Positions 27,402 through 37,443 of a DNA stretch of 64,000 nucleotides are shown in pieces; the first letter of the stretch is position 1, and each line of letters begins with the position of its first letter. The DNA lies in IMG/VR virus record IMGVR_UViG_3300032770_000005, positions 88,858 through 152,857 of that record; one strand, 5' to 3'. The notes beneath the pieces were generated by a model that worked only from the letters and a program-made list of their open reading frames with translations, searched no databases and was not told the DNA's origin. The position numbers and the translations under genes were made by a program. Source of the stretch: a virus.

Positions 27402-28288
27402 GCCGCCTCCAGACCCGCGCGACGCAGTGCTTCCTCGACGCGGTACACGACACGACCGTGCGACCCGTAGCGCCTCAGCACCACCGGCCACTCGCCGTCC
27501 CAGTCGATGATGGTCGGCTCGCCGCCACGCTTGCCCGTCTCCTGGCCGTCGGCCATCGCCGCACAGAGGTCGGGCTTGCGTTCGAGGCGCGCTCCATGCG
27601 CGAGATAGATGCCGCTCGGCAGCGACGCCAGCGCTCGCCTCGCGCCCGCCGGTAGACGCTGCGGCAGTTCCTGCTCGCGCGCGACCCTGCCAGCCGCGAG
27701 CACCCTGCCAGCCGCCGCGGGCGACGTCTCGCTCTGCACGTACTGCCGCTCGTCCTCGTCCTCAATCTCCGGCTCGGGCTCCGGTTCGGGAGCCGGCGCC
27801 GGCAAGACCGCCGGCGGCACGTGCACGCCGCCGACCCAGGGAGCCGCCGCCGACATCGGCGCGAGCGGCGGCGGGAGGGAGATCGACGGCACCGCCGGCG
27901 CCGCACGCGTAGCCGCGCGACGCTTGAGCATCGCGTCCGTCTTTCCGATCCACTCATCGAGCCTGCGCTCGGCGATCTGCTGCTCGCGTTCGAGCTGCCG
28001 CAGGTCGTGCGCGCCCCAGGCCGCGACGTCGTCCGTGATCGAGGCGAGGTGTGCGCTCGCATCGAGCATCGCCTCGGCGCAGAGCGTCTCCGCGATCAAC
28101 CGCCGCAGCTCGTCGCCCGCGTAGTGCACGCGGAGATCGACGTCCGCGAGCGCGGCCGACCGCACGATCTCCTCGGGCATCGGCACGTCCGCGAGCGTGA
28201 CCACGAAGAACACGCCGTTCGGGAAGCCGTGGATGCTGCTGTGGAACCGGCACCGGTTGCCGACGTACCGCAGCGTCATGGCGCCCAT
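27398..28288 (-). CDS. hypothetical protein; C-terminal domain paralogous to 37444-38334
   Basis: LPSGIY..IIDWDGEWPVVLRRY..VYRVEEA; start uncertain. Confidence 0.55.
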   Translation of the reverse strand: MGAMTLRYVGNRCRFHSSIHGFPNGVFFVVTLADVPMPEEIVRSAALADVDLRVHYAGDELRRLIAETLCAEAMLDASAHLASITDDVAAWGAHDLRQLEREQQIAERRLDEWIGKTDAMLKRRAATRAAPAVPSISLPPPLAPMSAAAPWVGGVHVPPAVLPAPAPEPEPEPEIEDEDERQYVQSETSPAAAGRVLAAGRVAREQELPQRLPAGARRALASLPSGIYLAHGARLERKPDLCAAMADGQETGKRGGEPTIIDWDGEWPVVLRRYGSHGRVVYRVEEALRRAGLEAA

Positions 28289-28512
28289 CGCGCGGTCGAA
28301 AGATCTGCGGATGTCGGTCCGATACAGCTGCCGCACGAGGACCTCCTGAACGTGAGCCCGAAGCGAGGCGGGGCGTCCTGCTCTCAGGTTAGTTGGGGCA
28401 CGCCTGGACCGGGGAAACACCCTTTGTGGGGTCCGCGATCAAGACGCACCGCCCCGCTTCCGGCTCACGTTCTACCAAGATTTCGTCCCTTCGCCCACAT
28501 CGGGCCCGACCC

Positions 28513-29214
28513 TCACCGCTGCGGCCTGCTCACGATCTTGTCCAAGATCTCCTTCAGGTCCCCTTGGCCCATGTGGTAGCCGGAGATGCGCACGGAGAAC
28601 ATGCGGATCTCGAACTGCGGCGGCCGCAAGATCCAAGCGGTCGCGTTCACCTGCTGGCCGCTCACGGCGTACGTCGCGAACGCCTCGCCGAGCGGCTCCA
28701 AGGGACCCGCGAACGGGAAGATGGTGCCCTGCATCGGCAGCGGCGCGATCGACGTGCCGCGCGAGCCCTTGGTCGGGTCGTACTGGATGACCTGCCCGCG
28801 CATCGAGACGTTCGTGTTGTAGTCGAGCGGGCTGCGGTTCCCGATGCTGATCTGAAAGCCGACGTACGTGGCGACGCGCGCCTGCGGCACGAGCGTCATG
28901 TCGTCGACGCCGATGCCGCTCGCCTCGTACGCCTCGAACTCGAAGCTCTTCAGCACGAAGGCCATGTTGTTCGGCACTTCGAGGTTGACCAGCGGCACCG
29001 GCACCGGGTACGGCGGCAGGTTGCCGACGAACAGCGGCCGCGGGTAGTTCGCGAAGTACACGCGGTCGAGGAACGTCGTCGATCTGGACGGCAGGAACTG
29101 CCAGAAGCCGTTCAAGATCTGCGTGTTGACCACGCGCGTCGCGCTCTCGACGTCGGGCAGCATGGACGGCGACTGCGAGAGCGTTGCCGCGCCTCGTCGG
29201 ATCGAGCCGCTCAT
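28513..29214 (-). CDS. putative virion (capsid-associated, beta-rich) protein
   Basis: beta-strand-rich; follows the capsid candidates. Confidence 0.45.
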   Translation of the reverse strand: MSGSIRRGAATLSQSPSMLPDVESATRVVNTQILNGFWQFLPSRSTTFLDRVYFANYPRPLFVGNLPPYPVPVPLVNLEVPNNMAFVLKSFEFEAYEASGIGVDDMTLVPQARVATYVGFQISIGNRSPLDYNTNVSMRGQVIQYDPTKGSRGTSIAPLPMQGTIFPFAGPLEPLGEAFATYAVSGQQVNATAWILRPPQFEIRMFSVRISGYHMGQGDLKEILDKIVSRPQR

Positions 29215-29254
29215 GGTGACCTCCGCTGTGCGGGCGTGCCCATCCCGCTGTGTC

Positions 29255-30193
29255 TCAGACCGCCGGCGACTGCGCCTGGAGGATCTTGTATCCGAGCATC
29301 GTGAAGTAGAGGACGCCGCCGACCGCGAGCACCTGCCGGCCGATGTTGCCCGACACCGTGGGGTCGGGCGGCGGCTGCGCATCGCCCTCGGCGAAGCCGT
29401 TCGGGAGCGCGGCGTAGTTGTTCTCGACGAAGCCGAGGTCGCGCGTCAGCGTCACGTTCAGCGTGATCACCGAGTTCTGCGTGAAGAAGTCGGACGCCGG
29501 CAGGTACGCCGGCCGGTCGAACTCCGTGAACAGGTAGCGCGACGAGGAGGGGATCTCGTTCTGGCGCGTACGGTTGCTGCCGCTGTCCATGATCTCGAAC
29601 AGGAAGTCGATGGTGCCCGGCCGGAACGTCTGCACGGCCTGCGCATCGGCGACCGTGTCGGGGCCGAGGCCCACGCCGATGTACGCGCCCGAGAACGGGT
29701 CGGCAGTGCTCGCGATCGGCCGCCACCGCCCGGTGAAGGGCGAGATGACCTCGGTGCCAATCGGCGGGTCTCCAGGTCGACCGTCCGGCGGATCGATCGT
29801 GCCGTACGGGCCGATCGAGTACGTCTTCATCAGGAACGCCGCCATGAGCGACGTCGCGACGAAAGGACCGTCGGTGCTGATGGTCTGCGTCGCCGGCAGC
29901 CGCGACCCCGCGAGCGACACGCTCGGGTTCGAGGGGCCGGGGATCGGGACGTTGAAGTTCAGGAAGTAGGGCACCCGCTTGCCCGGGATGTCCTCGATGT
30001 AGCGGATGCGCTCCGCCGCCTTCTTCACCGCGTCCCGCAGCTGTCCGATGACGAGCTGGTTGTCGCTGTTCTGCTGCGCGAGCTGCTTGTACGCCTTCAG
30101 GAGCGACTTCATCTGAGTCGCCATGCGCTGCTCGCGGTCCATCAGGCCGCGGAGATAGGCAGCAACCTGGGGATCATCGGTGATCGAGGGCAT
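29255..30193 (-). CDS. putative second capsid protein (coiled-coil N-terminus plus beta-rich domain)
   Basis: beta-rich, ends LYFTMLGYKI; adjacent to the MCP candidate. Confidence 0.45.
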   Translation of the reverse strand: MPSITDDPQVAAYLRGLMDREQRMATQMKSLLKAYKQLAQQNSDNQLVIGQLRDAVKKAAERIRYIEDIPGKRVPYFLNFNVPIPGPSNPSVSLAGSRLPATQTISTDGPFVATSLMAAFLMKTYSIGPYGTIDPPDGRPGDPPIGTEVISPFTGRWRPIASTADPFSGAYIGVGLGPDTVADAQAVQTFRPGTIDFLFEIMDSGSNRTRQNEIPSSSRYLFTEFDRPAYLPASDFFTQNSVITLNVTLTRDLGFVENNYAALPNGFAEGDAQPPPDPTVSGNIGRQVLAVGGVLYFTMLGYKILQAQSPAV

Positions 30194-30389
30194 CTGGGAT
30201 CCGCCTTCCTCTTCCGCGTCTTTCAGCGGCGTTGGTTGGTGACCAGGCGCCTCCTCAGCGCGAGGTCATGTGTCTCGTGAGAGACTGGCCGGGGATGGCC
30301 GCCGCAGGGACTGATGTCCTGCGACCTCCGCTTACGACGCGAGCGGCGCAAGCAGAGGTCGCAGGGCGCCGAAGCGCCCCGCGATGCGT

Positions 30390-31163
30390 TCAGAGGACGT
30401 CGCGGCTGTGGACGCCATCGATCAGGTACTTGACGTCCTTCTCGATGTTGTCGATGCCGTTGACCGTCAGGTCGCCGGTGACCGGCTGGGTCACGCCGGG
30501 GCTGATCGCCGCCGCGGGACCCACCGTGCCGTCGATCTGGCCGGCGAGCTGGTCGATCATGTTCGCACCGGTCGACGGGCCGATCGGGCTCGCCGTGACG
30601 ATGCACTGGAAGCCCTGACGCGGCGGGATGAGGATCGGCCGCGCGAGCCGCATGAGGGCCGACGAGGTCGGCACGCCGTTGTTGAACCGCGGCAGCCGCG
30701 AGTCCGAGCTGAAGCCGTCGAGACCACCGGCGAACGGCGTGTACGCCGTGAACGTGGTGAGCTGCGGCTTGTCACCGGCCTGGAACTGCCAGAACAGCTG
30801 GTTCTCGGCCTGCATGTACAGCTTGTAGACGCGCTGCACACGATCCGGGAACACGCCTGCCACCGAGCCCACCGACGTCTGCACCTGGTTGACCAGGAAC
30901 TGCGCCTCCGGGTTGAACCGGAAGTACGTCCAGACGCGCACCGCGAGGGTGATGAACGTCTGGTCCGACGGCAGGAAGCCGCCGGTGGTGAGGTTGGTGA
31001 TGGCGATGTCGCCACCGCCCTTGAGGAACAGCTGGGTGCGCGGCTGGGGCACGCTGAACGTGTTCAGCGGGTTGAGCCGCAGGTCGGTGGACCCGTCGAC
31101 GCGGATGAGCGAGTCGTAGAACGGCTGATGGACGCGCTCGCGCGTCCCCACGATCTTGGGCAT
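30390..31163 (-). CDS. putative major capsid protein (single jelly-roll-like)
   Basis: strong AAGGAG RBS; QPFYDSL..LF..TNL..GGFLP pattern; flanked by structured UTRs; fold is inferred only. Confidence 0.5.
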   Translation of the reverse strand: MPKIVGTRERVHQPFYDSLIRVDGSTDLRLNPLNTFSVPQPRTQLFLKGGGDIAITNLTTGGFLPSDQTFITLAVRVWTYFRFNPEAQFLVNQVQTSVGSVAGVFPDRVQRVYKLYMQAENQLFWQFQAGDKPQLTTFTAYTPFAGGLDGFSSDSRLPRFNNGVPTSSALMRLARPILIPPRQGFQCIVTASPIGPSTGANMIDQLAGQIDGTVGPAAAISPGVTQPVTGDLTVNGIDNIEKDVKYLIDGVHSRDVL

Positions 31164-31200
31164 GTCGTTCTCCTTCGAGACACCGTCCCGCGCCATAATT

Positions 31201-31335
31201 GGCTTGCGACGATGTTCGCTGTTCCACCACGACAGCACTTCCCACTGTGCACAAGCCCTCACCATTGAGGACCTATCTGCGACCCGGAACCTCCCAGTGG
31301 TAGGAGGCTTTCACCCGTCGGCTACCGGGTCACAG
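31201..31335 (-). promoter_or_regulatory. structured 5' UTR of the putative MCP gene
   Basis: stems 31277-31287/31325-31335 and 31201-31208/31250-31257, each with one mismatch that becomes G.U on the - strand. Confidence 0.45.
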
Positions 31336-31348
31336 CTAGCTGGTCAGT

Positions 31349-32077
31349 TCAGCCGGAAGCTCCGCTGAACAACATCCGAGAGAACATGCCGCCGGCCCAT
31401 CCTCGGCCGTCCGGCGTCGCCATCTGCTCGCGGACCCTGCGGACCGCTCTCTTCTTCACCACGGGGAACGCGAGGTCGATGGGGCTCACGGTCGAGATCG
31501 GCTCGTCCGAGTGCCGCACGTCGTTGATGACCGACTCGTCGTACCCGTCGAGGCCGAACATGCCGCGGTACGGCGCGCCGGCGTGGCTGATGTCGATCAT
31601 GTAGTTCGCGCCCATCCCCGAGACGGGCCCGGGCCCCATCGGCACCATGGCCACGGGCGCGACCGGCGCGGGTGCGGGGGTCGGCGTCGGCAGCACGGTG
31701 TCCTGGATGAGCTGGAGCGGCAGCCACGGCTTCAGACCGCTCACGCCAGCGCCGGCCGCGATGGACATCTGCGTCTCGGGCGAGAGACCGAGCGGCTGCC
31801 CCACCGCGTACGCCGCGATGGCGCTCGCGAGCGAGGCGCCGGTCGCGACGATGCGAGGATCCATGGTCGGCAGGTACGAGCCGCCGACCATGGAGCCCAG
31901 CCACTGCGCGAGGATCATGCCGCCCGTCGCCCCGAGAGCCGGCACCACGACCTTGTCGACCAGGTCGGCGCTCCCGAGGTTGCGAGCGAGGCGCCGAACC
32001 GAGCTGAAGCCGCGCACGCGGCGGTTGTGCACCACCGCGTACGCGTTTCTGCTGACTCGGCGCCTTCGCTTGCTCAT
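31349..32077 (-). CDS. membrane virion protein with basic N-terminus and ~3 TM segments
   Basis: C-terminus GRGWAGGMFSRMLFSG paralogous to 32087-34546. Confidence 0.7.
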   Translation of the reverse strand: MSKRRRRVSRNAYAVVHNRRVRGFSSVRRLARNLGSADLVDKVVVPALGATGGMILAQWLGSMVGGSYLPTMDPRIVATGASLASAIAAYAVGQPLGLSPETQMSIAAGAGVSGLKPWLPLQLIQDTVLPTPTPAPAPVAPVAMVPMGPGPVSGMGANYMIDISHAGAPYRGMFGLDGYDESVINDVRHSDEPISTVSPIDLAFPVVKKRAVRRVREQMATPDGRGWAGGMFSRMLFSGASG

Positions 32078-32086
32078 GACTGCTCC

Positions 32087-34546
32087 TCAGGCCTGCATCC
32101 CGGAGAACAGGGTGCGACCGAAGATGCCGCCCGCGAACCCGCGCCCCTCGTCGGTGGCGTAGTTCCGCTTCTGGACCTTCGTGTCGCGGTGCATCACGCC
32201 CGTGACGTCGGTGGCGATGTCCGCCGGCGTCTCGGTCGAGACGAACGGCGGCTGCGGGAGCGCCGGCGGCATGCCCGGCGGTCCGACCGGCGCCGGCGTC
32301 ACCGCGCCCGTCACGACGGGCTGGATGGGCGGCGCCGCCGCAGCGGCCGCAGCCGTCGCGTCGTCACCGAAGCCCGCCGCAGCGTAGTACGTGCCCAGAC
32401 CCGCCGCGGCCTCGTAGGGCCCACCGGCCGTCGCCTCCATGACGTCCATCAGGCCGTCGATCGAGGAGTGGTCGGCGGGATCGATGCCCTCCTGGTAGCC
32501 CGCGGCCGCGTAGAACGTGCCCATGCCGCTGAGCGGCTGCTGCACGTACTCGCCGACGCCGCTGAGCGGCTGCTGCACGTACTCGCCCATGCTCGGGTCC
32601 TGGACGTACGCGCCGACGCCGCTGAGCGGCTGCTGCACGTACTCGCCCATCCCCGCCGTGGCGTAGTAGGTCCCGAGGTACGGCGCCGCCTGCGTGCCGC
32701 GGAGGAGCCGCGCCATGAAGGCCGCACCCTCGCCGGCGACGATCGCCGTGAGGTTCTGCCGGAGCATCGGGAACCGCGCCGCCGCGACGATGGTCGCCAG
32801 CGCGACCGCCAGGTTCGTGACCGACTTCGTCACGATGGCCTGATCGGGCGTCTGACCCGCATCGAGCACGTTGCGCACCTGGTCGATGTTGGCGACCGCG
32901 TTCGCCGCACCGTTCGACGCCATGAGGCCACCGATCGCCCAGACCGACGGCATGGCGACGTCGTTCATGAGATCGATCTGCGTCCCCATGATGCTGAGGT
33001 TCCGGCGCAGGTGGCGACGACGACGGTGGTTCGACCGCATGCTGTGGCGCTTGCTGTGGCGCTTGCTGTTGCGGCGCATCCGCCGATGATGTCGGTTGCG
33101 CACGACGATGTACTTGTTGGCGCTCACCCGCCGGCTCGACCGACGCGACCGACGACGCTTGTTCCGACGCATGCCCATGGAGGTCCTCCTGTTCCTTCTG
33201 TTCGACGCGAGCGACTTGCGGCGACGCGAGCGCGCGTAGCCCTCGCGAAGCGCTCGCTCGTGAGCGCGCTTCGCTGCACCTCCGAACGTGAAGCGGCGCG
33301 TGTAGCTCCGCTCCGAGACGAACCCCGGCACGTACGTCGCGTAGCCGCGACGACGCGAGCGAGGTCCGAACTGGACCAGCTGGATGCGCTGGCCCGCTGC
33401 ACGACCGCCACGCTGGGACGTGCGGCCGAGCAGGTTCGCTGCCATGCGGATCCCCGCCGCGCCGTGCGCGTGCCGGGTCGTCGCGTGGATGTACGGCGGG
33501 TTGAAGAGCCGGCCCGTGTAGAACGGCGAGGCCGAGTAGCCCTTCACGCGCTTGTACCCGCGCACCTTCGTCGTGTAGTGGAACTTGCCCTGCTTCTTGC
33601 TGATCCGACCACGACGCTGCATGCCACGCGACACCGCTCGCGCGTGCGACTCCGCGCTCGCCGCGGCCGCCGCCGCCTTCGAGGCCTCGCGCTTCGCAGC
33701 GCTGGCTGCCTTCGAGGCAGCTCTCTTCGAGGTGGCCTTCGCCTTCTTGGCCTTCGAGACGGCCTTCTTGGCGTCCTTCTTCGCCTTCGAGGCCGCCTTG
33801 CGCGCCGACTTCGCCGCGGCCTTGGCCGCCTTCGGCGTCGAGGCGTGCTTCGCCTTCGATGCCGCCTTCTTCGCCCTGGACGCCGCCTTCTTCGACGCCC
33901 GAGCCGCGCTCTGCGCGCCCTTCGCCGTGACGCGACCACCCTTCACGGTGGGAGTGCTGTGGCGGCGGTGGTGCGAGCCGTGGCTCCGGCTGAGCCCGCG
34001 CGAGATGCGCCGGCGCTGGCGCGGCGTCAGCGACCCCATCGCCATCGCGATCGGCGTCCCCGACACGCGACGGCTACGCCGCTTGCGGCTGTGGCTGCTG
34101 CCCGTGTCGACGGCGCGCGAAGCGGCCTTGATCGCTGCGCGATCTTCCTCGGACATGTTCCGACGCATCGCGCGCTTGAGCGATTGCACGTTGTAGCCCA
34201 TCGGTCGTCTCCCTCGTGCGTTTCTGCTGAGCACCTGTTTGCGGCTGAGCGGATGGGACAGCAGCGTCCCGTACTCGTCGACGGGGTAGAGCCGACCATG
34301 GCCCAACTCCGAGGCGTGCTTCTCGGCCCACCGCTTCGCACCGCGCACCGTTCGGTACGCGGGGCTCAGATGGTGATGGCTGCGCCCACGACCGCTGATC
34401 CACTGGAACGGGTTCCGACTCGGCGCACGACCGGGATTGATCACGGTCATGTGCGTGACGCCGCCGCCCACGTTCGGCTCCATGCCGGGGCTGCGCTCGT
34501 ACTTCCGAGCGACGTTCCGTGTCGTCTTGCGGTAGATCAGGGCCAC
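32087..34546 (-). CDS. large basic core/membrane protein: H1-like AK repeats, Arg-rich region, ~3 TM segments, GEYVQQPLSG repeats
   Basis: KKAASKAKK tracts; many RRN motifs; C-terminus GRGFAGGIFGRTLFSG. Confidence 0.7.
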   Translation of the reverse strand: MALIYRKTTRNVARKYERSPGMEPNVGGGVTHMTVINPGRAPSRNPFQWISGRGRSHHHLSPAYRTVRGAKRWAEKHASELGHGRLYPVDEYGTLLSHPLSRKQVLSRNARGRRPMGYNVQSLKRAMRRNMSEEDRAAIKAASRAVDTGSSHSRKRRSRRVSGTPIAMAMGSLTPRQRRRISRGLSRSHGSHHRRHSTPTVKGGRVTAKGAQSAARASKKAASRAKKAASKAKHASTPKAAKAAAKSARKAASKAKKDAKKAVSKAKKAKATSKRAASKAASAAKREASKAAAAAASAESHARAVSRGMQRRGRISKKQGKFHYTTKVRGYKRVKGYSASPFYTGRLFNPPYIHATTRHAHGAAGIRMAANLLGRTSQRGGRAAGQRIQLVQFGPRSRRRGYATYVPGFVSERSYTRRFTFGGAAKRAHERALREGYARSRRRKSLASNRRNRRTSMGMRRNKRRRSRRSSRRVSANKYIVVRNRHHRRMRRNSKRHSKRHSMRSNHRRRRHLRRNLSIMGTQIDLMNDVAMPSVWAIGGLMASNGAANAVANIDQVRNVLDAGQTPDQAIVTKSVTNLAVALATIVAAARFPMLRQNLTAIVAGEGAAFMARLLRGTQAAPYLGTYYATAGMGEYVQQPLSGVGAYVQDPSMGEYVQQPLSGVGEYVQQPLSGMGTFYAAAGYQEGIDPADHSSIDGLMDVMEATAGGPYEAAAGLGTYYAAAGFGDDATAAAAAAAPPIQPVVTGAVTPAPVGPPGMPPALPQPPFVSTETPADIATDVTGVMHRDTKVQKRNYATDEGRGFAGGIFGRTLFSGMQA
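32525..32647 (-). repeat. 3 x 30-bp intragenic repeat (GEYVQQPLSG)
   Basis: gccgctgagcggctgctgcacgtactcgcc x3. Confidence 0.85.
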
Positions 34547-34657
34547 TTGGACGCAACTCGCCTGCTCGACCCCTGAGAGCAGGCGAGGCGCAAGGCCCCA
34601 GGTCTTCGGAGAGAACGCTACACGCGAGAGATCATCGGCGCAAGAAGAATCGCACGC

Positions 34658-34846
34658 TCACGCGGGCGCCGGTTTCTTCTCGGTCGTCGCATCCTGCGCA
34701 AGTTCGCGCAGCTCCTTGGGAATCGCGAACCCGCGGCTCGACTGCCGCGCCTTGCGTACTTCTCGCTGGAACTCGCCGACCGCCTGCTTCATCTGCTGCA
34801 CGGCTGTCGGTTCGTCGTCTCGCTTGCGGTCTTCCTCGTCGCTCAT
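34658..34846 (-). CDS. small hypothetical protein
   Basis: GGAGG RBS. Confidence 0.5.
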   Translation of the reverse strand: MSDEEDRKRDDEPTAVQQMKQAVGEFQREVRKARQSSRGFAIPKELRELAQDATTEKKPAPA

Positions 34847-35202
34847 CTTGGCCTCCCCGGCGGAGATCGATCTCCGCGTGAGATCATCTCGAACCGCGCG
34901 TCCATCGCGCTGACCTTCGACTCCAAGCTGATCACCTTCTCGCGCAGGTCGACGAGGATCTCCATGATCTGCTCGTCCACCTGCCGCGTGGCGCCCGTCT
35001 CCCTGAGCGCCTGCGAGAACTCCTTCGTCGACTCCACGACCGTCGCCGTCACGGCTCGCGCGTCGTCCACGCGCGACTGCTGCACCTGGTTGAGGCGCTC
35101 GTATAGGCCGCGCGTGAAGACCGCGAGCGGCACGAGGATGAGCAGAAAGACGGCGCCGAATGCGCCCCACTGCTGCGTGATCTGCTCGGTGCCCGGCGGC
35201 AT
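34843..35202 (-). CDS. TM plus coiled-coil protein (holin-like architecture)
   Basis: WGAFGAVFLLILVPLAVF followed by a coiled coil. Confidence 0.5.
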   Translation of the reverse strand: MPPGTEQITQQWGAFGAVFLLILVPLAVFTRGLYERLNQVQQSRVDDARAVTATVVESTKEFSQALRETGATRQVDEQIMEILVDLREKVISLESKVSAMDARFEMISRGDRSPPGRPR

Positions 35203-35203
35203 G

Positions 35204-35905
35204 TCAGCCGTCGATCCCGTCCTTGAGCACGCGGAGCCGCCCACCCTGGATGAAGCCCAAGAAGCCGACGTCACCGTTGCGCAGCTTGTGCGGCGCGTAG
35301 ATGGCGAGCATGTGTCCGTCCGGCGCGGTGAGGAGCCACGCGTTGCGTGGGTTCACCGTGTGCCGCAGATCGTCGCTCGGATCGTCATCATCGTCGCGCC
35401 GCACGAACCAACCGAGGCACTTGCCGAGGCGCGCCCACGCCTTCGGGTACTTCAGCTTGGTCGTGCCGAAGCGCGCTCGATCTTCCGGCTCCAGGTCGGC
35501 GTTGGAGTAGAAGCGCGTGCCGGCCCCGGGCTCGTACTCCAGCTCCTCGCTCTTGCCGTGCAGGTGCTTGTAGTCGACGTCCTGCCCGTCCTCGTACCAC
35601 TTGTCGCAGCGGTACATGACGCTCACGCAATCGCCGACCGGCACGACGAGCTTCGGAGGCTCGTGGTCGATCTCGACGATGTCGATGGGCTGCTTCTGAT
35701 GGAACAGCCGGTAGCGTGCGAGCGCGGCGTCGAGGTCGCGCCCCTCGGAACCGGCGATGCGCATCGGATCTTCGATGGAGCGCCCGTAGCGCTGCCCCAT
35801 CGCACCCTCGGAGCCTCGCGGCGCCATCTCGCTCGACGGCGCGTTCGGGCGTAGGCGCCGGCTTGCTCTGCGGCTGCTGCTGCCACGACTGCTGCGCCTG
35901 GTCAT
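35204..35905 (-). CDS. putative virion core protein with Arg-rich leader
   Basis: MTRRSSRG..LRPN then YRLFHQ..VMYRCDKW..YKHLH domain. Confidence 0.6.
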   Translation of the reverse strand: MTRRSSRGSSSRRASRRLRPNAPSSEMAPRGSEGAMGQRYGRSIEDPMRIAGSEGRDLDAALARYRLFHQKQPIDIVEIDHEPPKLVVPVGDCVSVMYRCDKWYEDGQDVDYKHLHGKSEELEYEPGAGTRFYSNADLEPEDRARFGTTKLKYPKAWARLGKCLGWFVRRDDDDDPSDDLRHTVNPRNAWLLTAPDGHMLAIYAPHKLRNGDVGFLGFIQGGRLRVLKDGIDG

Positions 35906-36225
35906 CGCTGACTCCAGAGCCAGTATAGACCGACGCCGATCGCCGCGCCGATCAGATACTTCTGCATGTCGGCAGCGGCCGGCAGGTCGAGGCCGAGGCC
36001 TGAGCCCGCCACGCGTCGACGAACCTCGCCGCGGCACATCGTGTCGTAGCCGACGAATCTGGCGCTCGGCGGGAGCGGGTTGCACTGCGTGTCTGGGTCC
36101 GCGCCGAGGAAGTTGACGTCCGTCGGCCGTGGCGGCACCGGGTCGTCGCCGACGCTCACGGGCCGCGAGTCGCGGTACACCGCCCACGCGTTGTGATCCC
36201 AGTCCCAGACGGAGTACAAGGCCAT
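35902..36225 (-). CDS. small C-terminal TM protein
   Basis: SGLGLD then TM. Confidence 0.6.
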   Translation of the reverse strand: MALYSVWDWDHNAWAVYRDSRPVSVGDDPVPPRPTDVNFLGADPDTQCNPLPPSARFVGYDTMCRGEVRRRVAGSGLGLDLPAAADMQKYLIGAAIGVGLYWLWSQR

Positions 36226-36238
36226 CGGTACCACCAGC

Positions 36239-37441
36239 CTACACGTCGAGCCCATGCCGCCGCAGCAGCGATCGGAGGTTGCGGGTTGCGCGGACGTCCG
36301 ATGGCGTCGAGCCCGTCACGATGGGCGGCACGCGCACGTCGGGCGACATGAACCGCACGTGGTTGCCCGGCGTCTTCTCGACGCGCCACCCCTGCGCCTC
36401 AGCCGCCGCAATCAGCGTCCGCAGCTCGGGACTCTGCGTGAGGCGACGACTGCCCGAGGTGTTGGGCCGTGGTCGGGCCCATCGCGGACGCGGCGATGCC
36501 CAGTTGTCGTCGAGCGCCACGAGCCTCTTGTCGAGGCTCATGATGTGCTCGCGCACGATGTGCTGCCGCGACGCGATCGGACCGTGCAGGATGTACTCCA
36601 GCGCCTGCCGTTCCCGACCGTAGGGCATGTACGCCGTCGGGTCTTGCAGACGAATCGCGAGATAGGCAGGCCGTCCCATGTTGTCCGGGTGCCAGGCCAC
36701 CACCACACCGCGAGCTTCCGGCGGCACAGCAGCGGTCGCCGCGGCACCGTGGCTTCCCAGCGGCACGGACACGTTCGCCCAAGCGATCCACTTCACGTGC
36801 GTGCCGGGCGCGAACGTCCTCGTGGCCCACGTCTCGTAGCTCGCGCCCGCCTGGTGCCACGACTGCGGCACGGGAGCCGGTGGAATCGGGTTCGGTGTGT
36901 ACCGTCCCTTCCACTGACGCCCACGGTACACAGGCTGCTGCGATGCCCAGTTGTCTTGGAGCGGGATGAGCCACTGAAGCATCGATGGCGCGATCGGCCG
37001 CTGAACCGTATTGGTTCCGTAGCTGTCGAGGATCTTCCAGAGGTCATCGATCTCAGCTATCTGCCAACGCGCACTGACTCCAGCTGGACGCGCGGCGTAG
37101 TACGAGTACCCACGTGCATCCTGCACCGTCACCACGATCTGAATCGGATGCCGAAGACGATCGTCGTGGATGACCCCGACCACCTCGCCGCGTGTTCCGT
37201 CCGGAACCGTGACCTCGCGGCGCGCCAGGCTCTCATTGGTCTCGTATGGGTCCAGTGGAGCAGCCCACCACGCCATGCTCTCCTGCTCGAACTTCACCGG
37301 CGTGCCTGGCGCGTAGGTCCTCCGCGCCCAGCTCTCTAGGAGCTGGCTGGTCGGATCTTGCGGCGGCGGCGGGATCACGTTCGCATGAACGCGACGCGAA
37401 GTGCGCGCTCGGCCCCGCTTCGGTCGGCTCGTGCGAGCCAT
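36239..37441 (-). CDS. polyprotein-like: Arg leader, two paralogous domains, C-terminal HicA-like domain
   Basis: W..RT[YF]APGT.VK repeated; ELRTLIAAAEAQGWRVEKTPGNHVRF..STPSD..NLRSLLRRHG. Confidence 0.65.
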   Translation of the reverse strand: MARTSRPKRGRARTSRRVHANVIPPPPQDPTSQLLESWARRTYAPGTPVKFEQESMAWWAAPLDPYETNESLARREVTVPDGTRGEVVGVIHDDRLRHPIQIVVTVQDARGYSYYAARPAGVSARWQIAEIDDLWKILDSYGTNTVQRPIAPSMLQWLIPLQDNWASQQPVYRGRQWKGRYTPNPIPPAPVPQSWHQAGASYETWATRTFAPGTHVKWIAWANVSVPLGSHGAAATAAVPPEARGVVVAWHPDNMGRPAYLAIRLQDPTAYMPYGRERQALEYILHGPIASRQHIVREHIMSLDKRLVALDDNWASPRPRWARPRPNTSGSRRLTQSPELRTLIAAAEAQGWRVEKTPGNHVRFMSPDVRVPPIVTGSTPSDVRATRNLRSLLRRHGLDV

Positions 37442-37443
37442 GG

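Noticed and set aside
30318-31335. 8-12 nt matches to the CRISPR repeat near the MCP gene (CCTGCGAC, GAGGGCTTGTGC) as anti-repeats
   Set aside because: Too short for high-GC DNA and already paired in local hairpins
31511-34576. 1021-aa + strand ORF and similar antisense ORFs (54312-56795, 45856-47754)
   Set aside because: Shadows of - strand genes that have RBSs, coupling and coherent motifs
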